From NCBI GenBank assembly GCA_050258935.1, contig JBLMZS010000076.1, forward strand, positions 70,259 through 134,258: 64,000 bases of DNA, in the 5' to 3' direction. The translations under genes and the position numbers were made by a program. Below, piece by piece: positions 1 to 9,628 of the stretch (position 1 is its first letter; each line of letters opens with the position of its first letter). This DNA comes from Bacteroidota bacterium. GTDB lineage: Bacteria; Bacteroidota; Ignavibacteria; Ignavibacteriales; SURF-24. The notes beneath the pieces were generated by a model. That model was given only the letters and a program-made list of their open reading frames with translations, made no database searches and was not told where the DNA came from.

Positions 1-1
1 G

Positions 2-184
2 ATACTCATCTCATTCGGGGTTTCGTTTGCGCTGAATCATTACAACATAATGACCATGATCATAAAACCGGGTATAGTGATGCTGGCGTTTCTGTTCTCG
101 GCGGCAGTGGGAATATTCTTCGGATATTATCCTGCCAGAAAAGCCTCTGGTCTGAACCCGATAGATGCCCTGAGATATGAATAA
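2..184 (+). CDS. ABC transporter permease, FtsX/MacB type, C-terminal fragment (5' end lies outside the window)
   Basis: The frame is open from the window edge and translates to ...[33 protein letters not shown]. This is the characteristic C-terminus of FtsX-domain permeases. Stop codon TAA is at 182-184. Confidence 0.75.
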   Translation: MLISFGVSFALNHYNIMTMIIKPGIVMLAFLFSAAVGIFFGYYPARKASGLNPIDALRYE

Positions 185-221
185 TCAGATATTAAGACGA
201 TCCGGGCGTGAAATATTCAGT

Positions 222-250
222 ATTCCGCACTACAGGCAGTAGTGCGGAAT
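222..250. terminator. Hairpin between convergent genes (likely bidirectional intrinsic terminator)
   Basis: A 12-bp perfect stem, attccgcactac (222-233) pairing with gtagtgcggaat (239-250), with a 5-nt loop. It lies between the FtsX stop (184) and the HAD stop (261). Confidence 0.6.
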
Positions 251-260
251 GCCGCGAATA

Positions 261-908
261 CTATTTCCTCAGTACCGGAAAGAAACCGGTGAGTTCCTGA
301 ATTTCGTTTATAATAAAATCTGCCTTCTGCAGATATTCTCTGCCCAGTGTCGATTCGACCGCAATGCACGTCATACCGGCATTTTTTGCGGCTTCTATTC
401 CCAATGGTGCATTTTCAATCACCACGCATTCATTTATTTCAAAGCCCAGTTTTTCCTGTGCTGTCAGGTAAGGATCCGGATTGGGCTTGGCTCTTTTTAC
501 ATCATCACCGCTTATAATATAATCGAACAATTTCTGGCGTTCAGCGTCAACAGATTTTTCCATATTGCTCCTGGCACATGCTGTAACCAGTGCCGTCCTG
601 TATCCCCGTCTGCGCAGTTCCTCTATGGTTTCAAATGCATTCGGATAATATGTGAGTTTTGCAATCGACCTGTAATAATTGCGTTTATCCTCTATCCATG
701 GTTTCCACTGTTCTTCAGGTATCTGCACTCCGGCTTCTTCCATCAGTATCGGCAGTATCTCGAAGGAATTCCTGCCTTCATGCAGCAGTACTGTCTCAAG
801 GCTGATGCTTCCGCCCATATCATTAAATTTTTTGTTCCAGGCGAGGTAGTGAAAATACAGTGAATCGACTATCACACCGTCCAGATCAAATAAAATAGCT
901 TTTATCAT
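261..908 (-). CDS. HAD-superfamily hydrolase, beta-phosphoglucomutase-like subfamily
   Basis: 215 aa. The N-terminus MIKAILFDLDGVIVDS carries HAD motif I (DxDGV). Later motifs are LVTACARS and GDDVKRAKPNPDPYL. ATG start at 908. Confidence 0.85.
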   Translation of the reverse strand: MIKAILFDLDGVIVDSLYFHYLAWNKKFNDMGGSISLETVLLHEGRNSFEILPILMEEAGVQIPEEQWKPWIEDKRNYYRSIAKLTYYPNAFETIEELRRRGYRTALVTACARSNMEKSVDAERQKLFDYIISGDDVKRAKPNPDPYLTAQEKLGFEINECVVIENAPLGIEAAKNAGMTCIAVESTLGREYLQKADFIINEIQELTGFFPVLRK

Positions 909-990
909 CTTGTATCCGTAGTTTCCGTTAAAAATAAAAATACTGCAGTAAACTTATCAAAATAATGGATGTAAAAAAAGTCCCGCCGTT

Positions 991-2316
991 CTATCTGCTC
1001 CTGAACCAGAACCTTGATGTCAGCAGTACTGCAGATGCGGTCAGTCCAACTATAAATCCAATCCATACTCCGTTTACCCCCAGAGAGAAATGGAATGCAA
1101 GGAGGTATCCGGCAGGAAGCCCCAGTATCCAGTATGAAATGAACGTGATAATCGTGGGGATCTTTACATCTGTTAGTCCCCGCAGCGCACCGAGCGCAAC
1201 AGCCTGAACACCATCTGATATCTGGAAAAATGCTGCGATAACTAGCAGTGCTGAAGTAATGGAAATTACATGTGCATCGGATATATAAAGTGCAGGCAGA
1301 GAATCCCTGAAGAGTATAAATACAGCGCCTGAGATCAGCTCTGCAGTGCCGCCAATAATGATAGCTGCAAACCCGGCATGCCTCGCGCCCTTCATGTCAC
1401 CGCTCCCAAGCAGGCTGCCGATACGGATTGCAGATGCGGCAGATACTCCCAGGGCGGCCATGTAGGGAATGGTTGCCAGGTTTAGTGCAATCTGATGCGC
1501 GGCAAGCTGAGGAGTGCCTATCCAGCCGATTATAACTGCGGCAGAAGAAAATGCACCTACTTCGAAGAAATACTGAAATCCGCTGGAGGTACCCATTGTG
1601 ATTATTTTTGCGGCTACCGGCTTCAGGAATTTACCCATTCGGAGATTTATGTTGAACTTATCGAACTTGCGTGAGCTGAATATGTACACCACTATGGCGA
1701 CCGCCATAAATATACGCGTTAAAAGAGTTGCCAGTGCAGAACCTTCAAAACCCAGTTCCGGCAGCCCGAGCTTCCCAAATACCAGTACCCAGTTGCCAAA
1801 TGCATTGATGATATTGGCTGCTATGGCAATCAGCATACCGGGAAGCATTATTGACATTCCCTCTATGAACTGTCTGAACGTCTGGAATATCATTACCGGA
1901 ATGATCGATATTCCAATGATACGCAGGTAGACTGCTGCGAGTCTGGCGACGTCGGGCGGCTGATTGAGGTATGTTATATTATAAGAAGTAGCAAATGTTG
2001 CCGATACAAGCAGTAAGGCAACAATAGTATTTATAAGCAGTGCATGCTTCAGTATGTGCTCACACTCATCTGTCCTGTCTGCACCAATCGCGATTGCCAC
2101 CAGCGGCGAGATTGCATACGTGAAGCCCAATCCCAGCACCAGTATGAGAAAAAATATGCTGGTTGCAATGGATGTGGCAGCAAGAGGAACCGTACCCAGC
2201 TTGCCTACGAACAGGTTATCCACCACACCCATAAGCACCTGTCCAAGCTGTCCTATTGCTACCGGGTAAGCCAGAAGCAGTGTGCTCTTTATATGTCCTT
2301 TGAATATATGCTCCAT
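991..2316 (-). CDS. MATE family multidrug/sodium efflux transporter
   Basis: A polytopic membrane protein. After trimming the ORF to the internal ATG at 2316 it begins MEHIFKGHIKSTLLLAYPVAIGQLGQVLMGVVDNLFVGKLG, a typical MATE N-terminus, followed by about 12 hydrophobic segments. The 47 upstream codons of the track ORF look non-coding. Confidence 0.85.
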   Translation of the reverse strand: MEHIFKGHIKSTLLLAYPVAIGQLGQVLMGVVDNLFVGKLGTVPLAATSIATSIFFLILVLGLGFTYAISPLVAIAIGADRTDECEHILKHALLINTIVALLLVSATFATSYNITYLNQPPDVARLAAVYLRIIGISIIPVMIFQTFRQFIEGMSIMLPGMLIAIAANIINAFGNWVLVFGKLGLPELGFEGSALATLLTRIFMAVAIVVYIFSSRKFDKFNINLRMGKFLKPVAAKIITMGTSSGFQYFFEVGAFSSAAVIIGWIGTPQLAAHQIALNLATIPYMAALGVSAASAIRIGSLLGSGDMKGARHAGFAAIIIGGTAELISGAVFILFRDSLPALYISDAHVISITSALLVIAAFFQISDGVQAVALGALRGLTDVKIPTIITFISYWILGLPAGYLLAFHFSLGVNGVWIGFIVGLTASAVLLTSRFWFRSR

Positions 2317-2593
2317 TCCTGAATTCTTTGTGTATTCCTTACATTTTAAAAAGAACCGTAAATAAAACAAAAAATCAGGAGAATATAAATACCGCACACA
2401 GCTCATACAGTGAAAACCGGCTGCTTGGAAAATGAGTATGCGCGGGGTCTTACACATTCCTTTGCAACTTTTGGGCTCCCGGTGTGTCTAAATCAATGGT
2501 ATTTTTTTATACAAAATTTCTGTTATATTTTTACCGGTTGGAAATATTCCGGTGAAATAGTCTGTGCAGAAAAAGAAAAATAGCTGGCTGAAT

Positions 2594-3745
2594 ATGGAAA
2601 CAATTACATATACGTTAAAACCCGGCTGTCAGGATTCCAGGGAATATTACCGCGTAATTCAGGAATACACTGACGTGCTGGTTCAGAAGGCTGAGACTGT
2701 TCTCATGCCGTTTATAGACGAGTTTACAGAATATCTGAAAAACTACAATCTGGAGACAATCCGGGCCAAAGAGGAATACATACTCGAACTGCTGAGCTTC
2801 GGTGTTCTGTGGCGTTCCTATGCTGATACTGCACTGTCTGTCAGATACGCTCCGTTTATTACACTGTCACGCATGGCCGACTGGCGCAAGAAGCATGTGC
2901 ACCTAAAAACCGGTATAGATGCTGTGCGGGGATTTTTATTTACTCTGCTTCTCATGCCTGAAAATAAACAGGTGGAAAAACCCGGGGTGCCGTCGCTGGC
3001 TCAGATAGACAGTGTATGCAGATGGTTTGAAGCTACGGGTGAATTTAAGGAAGAAGCTCTGCGTTTCGTCAGATGGAGAGCATTCTGGCACACCAAGCCG
3101 GCAGCTGAACTGAATAGAATATTTTTGGCTGTAAACAGCTTCGCAGATTATTTCGAAAAAAGTGCTGCAGAAAAACTGGGCGGCTATACGGAAAATGTTG
3201 AGGAATTTCTCGGCAGGAATATGAAACACTACAGGTGGCGCGAAGACCGCATACAGTGCACCCGGCGCAGAAGTGAATACCACTTAAATATGGCGGGAGC
3301 CGAACTGATGAACCGGGCATTCAGAAAGGAGTTTCTGCAGACTGACAAAAAAATACTGCTCCTGCCCGGATGCATGAGGCATAATAATGACAGCAGCTGC
3401 AAAGCAGTAAAAGTGCGCGGAGGATTTAGGTGCACGGGGTGCATTGCAGGCTGCCGGATAAACCAGATGTGCGCACTGGGCAAAAAAATGGGCTTCGAGG
3501 TCTATATAATTCCGCATGCGTCAGACCTGTCACTATGGTCCCCGCATAACGGTATTCCCGGACGCGGTATAGTTGCTTCGGCATGTTTGACGCAGCTGAT
3601 CGAAGGCGGATGGGAGTTGAAACGCTACGATGTGCCTGCACAGTGTGTGCCGCTGGATTACTGCGGCTGCAGAAAACACTGGCATAGCGAAGGATTTCCT
3701 ACTGAACTGAACATGAAAGAACTGAAAAGAATTCTTTCATTTTAA
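2594..3745 (+). CDS. Cys-rich DUF116-like protein with a long unique N-terminal helical domain
   Basis: The C-terminal ~130 aa read LLLPGCMRHNNDSSCKAVKVRGGFRCTGCIAGCRINQMCALGKKMGFEVYIIPHASD...VASACLTQLIEGG...CVPLDYCGC. This matches the conserved-cysteine pattern I recall for DUF116. The N-terminal ~250 aa has no motif I recognise. Start is placed at the first ATG (METITY...). Confidence 0.55.
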   Translation: METITYTLKPGCQDSREYYRVIQEYTDVLVQKAETVLMPFIDEFTEYLKNYNLETIRAKEEYILELLSFGVLWRSYADTALSVRYAPFITLSRMADWRKKHVHLKTGIDAVRGFLFTLLLMPENKQVEKPGVPSLAQIDSVCRWFEATGEFKEEALRFVRWRAFWHTKPAAELNRIFLAVNSFADYFEKSAAEKLGGYTENVEEFLGRNMKHYRWREDRIQCTRRRSEYHLNMAGAELMNRAFRKEFLQTDKKILLLPGCMRHNNDSSCKAVKVRGGFRCTGCIAGCRINQMCALGKKMGFEVYIIPHASDLSLWSPHNGIPGRGIVASACLTQLIEGGWELKRYDVPAQCVPLDYCGCRKHWHSEGFPTELNMKELKRILSF

Positions 3746-3810
3746 ACCTTTCACAGCTCTGAAATGACTAACTTTATGGTTAACAGATTTTAAAATCTTT
3801 CAGGGCTATC

Positions 3811-6636
3811 ATGAAAATTACTACCATTGCTGTGTTAATTCTGCTGGTCAGCAGTAATCTTTTCGGACAGGAAATATCTGTAAAAGGACAAACGGTCAGT
3901 TCGCAGGATAACAGCCTGCTTGCCGGAGCTACAGTACAACTCTTCAGCCTTCCCGACTCTGCTCTCATTTCGGGCGACATCACGAATACTCAGGGCAGGT
4001 TTACCATTCCTGCTGCCAGACCGGGCAAATACTATATTACCGTAACATATATTGGCTATAAAAAATATTCGGTGAACGCGGATGTCAGGCGAAGGGGCGC
4101 AGACCTGGGCAGAATAGCTCTTGAACCAACCGGAGTCGAAAGAGAGGCAATAGAAATAATAGGGCGTGTACCTCCGGCAGCTCAGAAGAGTGATACTTCG
4201 GAGTACAATGCAAATGCATACAAGATCAGCAAGGATGCGGTAGCCGAAGATCTGGTTGCAAAAATGCCAGGCATAGTAGTGCAGGATGGCAAATACCAGG
4301 CGCACGGAGAAGATATAAAGAAAGTTCTGGTGGACGGCCGCCCTTTCCTGGGTGATGATCCCAGTGCTGTGCTGAAAAATATTCCTGCCGAAGTCATAGA
4401 AAAAATCCAGGTATTTGATCAGCAGAGCGAGCAGGCACAGTTCAGCGGATTTGACGACGGCAATACAAACAAGACCATCAACATAGTTACACGCCCGTCT
4501 TTCCGGGATGGTACTTTCGGCAAACTGTCTGCCGGATACGGTGACGATGAAAGATACAGGGCTGGCGGAACGCTGAACATCTTCGACGATAGCCGCAGAA
4601 TTACACTGCTTACACAGCTTAATAATGTCAATGAGCAGAATTTTGCGATGGAGGATCTGGTCGGCATTATGTCGGGCGGAGGCGGAAGACGCGGAGGCGG
4701 AATGGGCCGCAGAGATTTCGGCGGTGACAGAGGTCCCGGCGGCGGAGGCGCCGGTAACCAGGGGCCGCGCGGAACGTCTGACTTCCTGGTGGATACCAAA
4801 AACGGACTTTCAACTACTAAGGCATTCGGGCTCAATTTTGCAGACCGCTGGGGCGCACAGCTGGAGATGAACGGCAGTTATTTCTTTAACCAGAGCAATA
4901 ACAATGCAAACTCGCTGACCAGCCGCTCATATGTAATCGAATCGCTCAACCAGCAGGGTTACAGTGAAAACAGCATCGCTGACTCCCGCAATATAAATCA
5001 CCGGCTCAGCCTGCGCATGGACTACCGCATAGATACTCTGAACTCTGTAACATTTACACCGAAATTTTCGTATCAGAAAAATGACGGCAGCAGTTACCTC
5101 TATGGTGAAACATTTTTACTGGCAGGGACTGCAGGAAACAGCACCATGAATTCTGTGACCAATAACTTTAATTCCAACCTTGAGGGGCTGAACACTTCGG
5201 GTGAACTGCTCTTCAGGCACCGCTTTGCGGTACCGGGCAGGACTCTGTCTGTCAATGCTTCCGGATCTTACAAGAAAAATACCGGAGATAACGCGCTTTC
5301 TTCTCAGACTTATTATTATGACAACCCGGTATACGCCGATACTGCAGATCAGATATCCGACCTGTATAAGGACGGTTATAACGTTTCAGCCAGCGTTGTC
5401 TACACTGAACCCGTCAGCAGTCACGCACAGCTGCAGCTGAATACGCGCATGGGATATTCTGAAGAAAGCAGTGACCAGAAAACCTACCTCATAGATAGTC
5501 CGGGTGCCGTATTATACCCTGATTCATCGCTCAGCAATAAGTATGACAAGATTTACAAAACTCAGAGCGCTGGTGCAGGCTACAGATACCAGAACGAGGG
5601 GATCTCGCTGAATGCAGGACTCAGCTACAATATGTCGCAGCTGGATAACAGTGAATCATTCCCTTCTTCTGTTAATACCGGCAGGAGATTCTATTCGGTA
5701 TTGCCGTCATTTATGCTGAGGTATAATATATCGCGAGACAAAAACCTGCGCATGTTCTACAGAACAAGCAATAAGGAACCTGGCGTCGAACAGCTGCAGA
5801 ATGTACTGGATAATTCCAACACGCTGCAGCTCAGCACCGGTAATCCTTTATTGAAACAGGATTACAGCCATTCGCTTTCAATTCGATATTCGGCAGTGGA
5901 TTTTGCACGCATGAATTCATTCTTTATAATGCTGGGCGGGACATATACGAATGACTATATCGGCAACAGTACACTTGTAGCCGCACGCGATACGGTAACG
6001 GGTGACGGGATAAGTCTGGCAAAGGGAACCCAGCTGACACGGCCGGAAAATATGGATGGATATATAAATGTAAGGTCTTTCAGTGCATACAGCCTTCCGG
6101 TAAATTTTATCAGTTCTAACCTGAATCTGATGGTAAACGTCAGCTACAGCCGCACACCAGGTATGGTAAACGGTCAGAAGAGTTTTACTCATTCAAATGT
6201 CTACGGAGGCGGTGTGGTCCTCAGCAGCAATGTGAGCGAGTTCCTGGATTTTACTGTATCAACCAACAGCAGCTTCAGCAATATCAGAAGCAGCAGAAGC
6301 TCCTCCGGAAACAGCAATTACTTCAACCAGAATTCCAGGTTTAAGCTGAACTGGGAGTTCTGGAAAGGGTTCTTTGTGCAGACAGACGTAACACACCAGT
6401 ATGACGATGGTCTTTCATCGCAGTACAACCGCAATTCGGTACTGTGGAATATGAGTCTAGGCAAGAAGCTGTTCAGCAGGAATCAGGGAGAGATCAGGTT
6501 CACTGTAAATGATATGCTGGAACAGAACAGCAATATACAGAGAACTTCGAACGATCTGTATTACGAAGATACCAGGTCCAATGTGCTGGGCCGTTACTTC
6601 CTGGTATCATTTACATATAACGTAAGGGCATTCTGA
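3811..6636 (+). CDS. Outer-membrane beta-barrel protein (CarboxypepD_reg N-terminal domain + OMP_b-brl_3 / TonB-dependent-receptor-like barrel)
   Basis: 941 aa. Signal peptide MKITTIAVLILLVSSNLFGQ is followed by ISVKGQTVS...GATVQL...TNTQGRFTI...GKYYITVTYIGYK, a carboxypeptidase-regulatory-like fold. A Gly/Arg-rich linker follows, then a long Ser/Asn/Tyr-rich alternating barrel region ending in ...SFTYNVRAF (terminal aromatic residue). Confidence 0.8.
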   Translation: MKITTIAVLILLVSSNLFGQEISVKGQTVSSQDNSLLAGATVQLFSLPDSALISGDITNTQGRFTIPAARPGKYYITVTYIGYKKYSVNADVRRRGADLGRIALEPTGVEREAIEIIGRVPPAAQKSDTSEYNANAYKISKDAVAEDLVAKMPGIVVQDGKYQAHGEDIKKVLVDGRPFLGDDPSAVLKNIPAEVIEKIQVFDQQSEQAQFSGFDDGNTNKTINIVTRPSFRDGTFGKLSAGYGDDERYRAGGTLNIFDDSRRITLLTQLNNVNEQNFAMEDLVGIMSGGGGRRGGGMGRRDFGGDRGPGGGGAGNQGPRGTSDFLVDTKNGLSTTKAFGLNFADRWGAQLEMNGSYFFNQSNNNANSLTSRSYVIESLNQQGYSENSIADSRNINHRLSLRMDYRIDTLNSVTFTPKFSYQKNDGSSYLYGETFLLAGTAGNSTMNSVTNNFNSNLEGLNTSGELLFRHRFAVPGRTLSVNASGSYKKNTGDNALSSQTYYYDNPVYADTADQISDLYKDGYNVSASVVYTEPVSSHAQLQLNTRMGYSEESSDQKTYLIDSPGAVLYPDSSLSNKYDKIYKTQSAGAGYRYQNEGISLNAGLSYNMSQLDNSESFPSSVNTGRRFYSVLPSFMLRYNISRDKNLRMFYRTSNKEPGVEQLQNVLDNSNTLQLSTGNPLLKQDYSHSLSIRYSAVDFARMNSFFIMLGGTYTNDYIGNSTLVAARDTVTGDGISLAKGTQLTRPENMDGYINVRSFSAYSLPVNFISSNLNLMVNVSYSRTPGMVNGQKSFTHSNVYGGGVVLSSNVSEFLDFTVSTNSSFSNIRSSRSSSGNSNYFNQNSRFKLNWEFWKGFFVQTDVTHQYDDGLSSQYNRNSVLWNMSLGKKLFSRNQGEIRFTVNDMLEQNSNIQRTSNDLYYEDTRSNVLGRYFLVSFTYNVRAF

Positions 6637-6654
6637 GTCTATCTTCTCGTATAT

Positions 6655-7521
6655 TCAGGAGGCGGGCCTTTTATTGGCAAAATAAATGCCGGTGAGCACA
6701 AGCATGCCGCCGGCAATCTGTTCTATGGAAATTCCTTCACCAAGTATTGGAATCGAGAATACAGCCGTCACTATTGCCTGTCCCAGCAGGCTCACCGATA
6801 CCGGTGCCGCTCTTAAGTGTCCCAGTGCATAATTGATGCACAGCCATCCGCTCAGATGAGTAATCAGTCCCAGTGCAATCAGCGATATCCAGGTCTTTGA
6901 AGAAAATCCGGTAAGAGGGTAGCCCATCAAAATACAGATCACCAGCAGCACTATGACACTTGTAAAAATAGAGATGACCATGAATGTAACCGTATCGACA
7001 CTGCTGCGTGCCCTCTGTGTTGTCAGAAGATAAGCCGCGTAGAATATACTGGCTCCAACTGCCAGCATATCTCCGGTATTAAACTTCAGTGTCATCCAGG
7101 AATTCAGGCCCACCAGCACCGACATGCCGAGAACTGCTATTACGAGTCCAAGCCAGAAATATCCTGAAAGCTTTTCCCGGAAGAATATGAGTGATGCCAG
7201 ACCCACCCATACAGGAGCGTTATTTGCGAGCAGTGTAGAAGTGGCGGCTGAAGTATGGAGAAGACTGGTATTCCATAGTGCCAGGTCGAGCGAAAAGAAA
7301 AGACCTCCGGCTGCCACGAGACGGAGGTCCTTAAGACTGTTCTTCTTATTTTTTACCGGTATCCACAGAGGTATTACAGCTATTCCTGCAATCAGCATTC
7401 TGTAAAAAGCAGATACAGGTCCGGGAACATTTGCCAGTTTGACAAATATTGCCGAAAAACCTATGCAGATAATACCTGCCGACAGCAGAAGATATGCCAG
7501 CAGGTTGTGTTTATTTTTCAA
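6655..7521 (-). CDS. EamA/DMT-superfamily transporter
   Basis: 288 aa with about 10 TM segments. It has the two-EamA-repeat architecture (IGFSAIFVKLA... and ...LGEGISIEQIAGGMLVLTGIY). The start codon appears to be TTG at 7521, 1 nt after the upstream MCP stop. Confidence 0.8.
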   Translation of the reverse strand: MKNKHNLLAYLLLSAGIICIGFSAIFVKLANVPGPVSAFYRMLIAGIAVIPLWIPVKNKKNSLKDLRLVAAGGLFFSLDLALWNTSLLHTSAATSTLLANNAPVWVGLASLIFFREKLSGYFWLGLVIAVLGMSVLVGLNSWMTLKFNTGDMLAVGASIFYAAYLLTTQRARSSVDTVTFMVISIFTSVIVLLVICILMGYPLTGFSSKTWISLIALGLITHLSGWLCINYALGHLRAAPVSVSLLGQAIVTAVFSIPILGEGISIEQIAGGMLVLTGIYFANKRPAS

Positions 7522-7522
7522 T

Positions 7523-9412
7523 TCAGCTCAGTAATTTTGACGAGTATTTATTTTTTGCATCACCCGTCTTAAAATTACTGATCAATTCCTGAAGATTCAA
7601 GGTCAGTCTGCTCAGATCCTCAGCGGCCCTGGCTATCTGTTCTGTGCCGGTGCTCGACTGCTGTGCTACGTTGTTGACGCCTTCAATATTTTTGCTTATC
7701 TGTTCGGCAGCGGTAGACTGTTGTTCACTTGCCGCAGACAGCTGTGTGATTACATCGTTGACGTGTTCTGTCCTTTCCTGTATTTCGCTCAGTACCTGTG
7801 CAACCTCTGAAGTCAGAGCCATACCTTCTCGTACGGCTATCTCAGCATCCTCCATGGAAGAGTTTGCGATTCTGGCCTCCTTCTGTATTTCGTGAATTGT
7901 CTCTGCAATTTCCTTAGTTGCCCTTGTAGTGCGTTCTGCAAGTTTTCTTACCTCATCGGCAACTACGGCAAATCCCCTGCCCTGTTCACCGGCGCGTGCA
8001 GCTTCTATGGCGGCGTTGAGTGCGAGCAGATTTGTCTGATCTGCAATATCGTCAATAACCTGTGCTATCTCGCCGATCTGGTCTGTCTTCTGTGTCAGTC
8101 CGGTAATTACCTTCCCGGTTTTATCAGAAGATTCAACTATCCTGTCCATTCCTTTCTTGGTTTCTCCTACTTTTTCAGTACCGTTTACTGCGGAGGTGTT
8201 GGCCGATTTAGAAATGTTGGACGCCTCGCTGATATGTTTTGCAGATTCGAAAATAGTACGGCTCATCTCTTCAATTGCACCAGCAATTTCGCTGGTCTGT
8301 CTGCTTTGTTCATGGCTACCGCTTGCCATTTCCTCGGTGCTGCTGCTGATCTGGTTTGCTGCGCTGACAGTCGCATCGAGTGCCTCGTGTACTTTTCCGA
8401 TGATTCGTGAAATGTTTTCAACAGCTTTATTGAAGCCGGTAAACAGTTTTCCTATTGTATCGTTGCTTTTGACCTCCATGCGGATCCTGAGATCGCCTTC
8501 GGCAAATTTGTCCATATTATGGAGCAGGTCATCCACATTTTCAGCCATATACTTTTCCTGCTCAACTGCATTTTTCTCGGCTTCTTCGGCGCGTTTGGCT
8601 TCGAGTAAAGCTGCTTCCTCTTTTTTCCTCGAATCTTTCAGCAGTTTGTCGATATTGCCTATCATCTGATTAAATGAATCTGCAAGCTGACCGAGTTCAT
8701 CCCTGTTTTTGATTTTAACAGATATGGAAGTATTGCCCTGTACTACTTCAAATGCTTTAGCTTTAAGGTAGATCAGCGGCTTGACAATTATGGATGAGAA
8801 ATACAGCCATGCCAGTACGGTCAATACAAGAGATAGCACAAATCCGGCCAGAACTACGGTCTTTGCCTTTGAGTAAAGTGCCAGGTTTTCCTCGTTCTGT
8901 TTCTCCACATTTGCTTCAACTATCTCGGTAAGTTTATTTATATGTTCTCTTGTGGTTTCAAACTGACTGTTGACTGCAGAAAGCCCGGCAGCCGAACCGG
9001 AAGAAAGCAGGCTGGCTGATGCATCTTTCCACTTGCCGAATTCTCTCTCGAAATCAGAAACATGTGCCTGCTCTTCAGGGCTTGATATAAGTTGTTTGTA
9101 CTTGTTCCATCTTTCCTCTGATTGTTTGATGTTTTCGCTGTAACTCTCCATAAGAGCAGGGTAACCAGGGTCATCGGTCTTGGTATAAAGCAGCATATTC
9201 TGTGCAATAACAGCCTGGTGCATATCCCGGTCGATCTGGAGCAGCAGATCTACTGCCGGCAGGTCTGTATGTGTTACTTTGTGCATTTCAGCGTTGATTG
9301 CATCCATGTTTGATATGCCGAGATAACTCGCCAAACCAATCAGCAGTGCGAAAAAAATAAAAATGGCGGCAAATTTTACTTTTAAGCTTAATTTGTCGAT
9401 AACTTCTTTCAT
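7523..9412 (-). CDS. Methyl-accepting chemotaxis protein (4-helix-bundle sensor, HAMP, MA signalling domain)
   Basis: 629 aa. The highly conserved signalling hairpin [38 protein letters not shown] is present. There is an N-terminal TM, a ~160-aa periplasmic helical region, a second TM and HAMP ([15 protein letters not shown]...). Confidence 0.95.
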   Translation of the reverse strand: MKEVIDKLSLKVKFAAIFIFFALLIGLASYLGISNMDAINAEMHKVTHTDLPAVDLLLQIDRDMHQAVIAQNMLLYTKTDDPGYPALMESYSENIKQSEERWNKYKQLISSPEEQAHVSDFEREFGKWKDASASLLSSGSAAGLSAVNSQFETTREHINKLTEIVEANVEKQNEENLALYSKAKTVVLAGFVLSLVLTVLAWLYFSSIIVKPLIYLKAKAFEVVQGNTSISVKIKNRDELGQLADSFNQMIGNIDKLLKDSRKKEEAALLEAKRAEEAEKNAVEQEKYMAENVDDLLHNMDKFAEGDLRIRMEVKSNDTIGKLFTGFNKAVENISRIIGKVHEALDATVSAANQISSSTEEMASGSHEQSRQTSEIAGAIEEMSRTIFESAKHISEASNISKSANTSAVNGTEKVGETKKGMDRIVESSDKTGKVITGLTQKTDQIGEIAQVIDDIADQTNLLALNAAIEAARAGEQGRGFAVVADEVRKLAERTTRATKEIAETIHEIQKEARIANSSMEDAEIAVREGMALTSEVAQVLSEIQERTEHVNDVITQLSAASEQQSTAAEQISKNIEGVNNVAQQSSTGTEQIARAAEDLSRLTLNLQELISNFKTGDAKNKYSSKLLS

Positions 9413-9628
9413 AAACGTTCCTTATTTGTGTGTGTGATCTAAAATAATAGGAATTCCAGACGAAATAGTGCTGAAATAACAGGCCTCAGAGCCATAATAT
9501 TGTTTAATTATCGAAAATGACGCATAATTATTGAGCACGAAAATAACTATTGAGAAAATATTGTGCTGTGATATCACTAACATATCCGTTCAGATACGAT
9601 AATTTCCTCTGAACAGCAGTCTCCGTAA

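Noticed and set aside
249-863. A 204-aa ORF on the plus strand.
   Set aside because: It lies entirely antisense to the well-supported HAD hydrolase gene (261-908). Its translation is Cys/Phe/Ile-rich with no motif, so it is a shadow ORF.
2317-2457. N-terminal extensions of several track ORFs.
- MATE: 2317-2457.
- nrdD: 24307-24408.
- nrdG: 26388-26507.
- GHL10: 43797-43847.
- Secreted hydrolase candidate: 54094-54219.
- Phosphodiester glycosidase: 55702-55974.
- M14: 12343-12381.
- Others.
   Set aside because: In each case an internal Met begins a canonical N-terminus: a signal peptide, an ATP-cone, or MTIGGF... of NrdG with an ATGA overlap. The upstream codons fall in AT-rich or leader sequence; for nrdD they would overlap the riboswitch expression platform.
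2564-2593. The upstream non-ATG start given by the ORF track for the DUF116-like gene.
   Set aside because: It adds only 10 residues from a non-ATG codon. I could not confidently reproduce the first few residues of that extension from my own reading of the bases, so I used the first ATG (2594, METITY...). The true start needs experimental or comparative support.
4419-4835. A 138-aa proline-rich ORF on the minus strand (PPPPGPLSPPKSLRPIPPPRLPPPP).
   Set aside because: It is the mirror image of the Gly/Arg-rich linker codons (GGC/GGA, which read GCC/TCC in reverse) inside the outer-membrane protein gene. It has no independent start context or signal.
7892-8669. Two plus-strand ORFs of about 170 aa (7892-8410 and 8157-8669) inside the MCP gene.
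   Set aside because: They are antisense to the most conserved part of the chemoreceptor. Long antisense ORFs are expected there because the Ala/Glu/Ser-rich coiled-coil codons avoid stops in the reverse frames.
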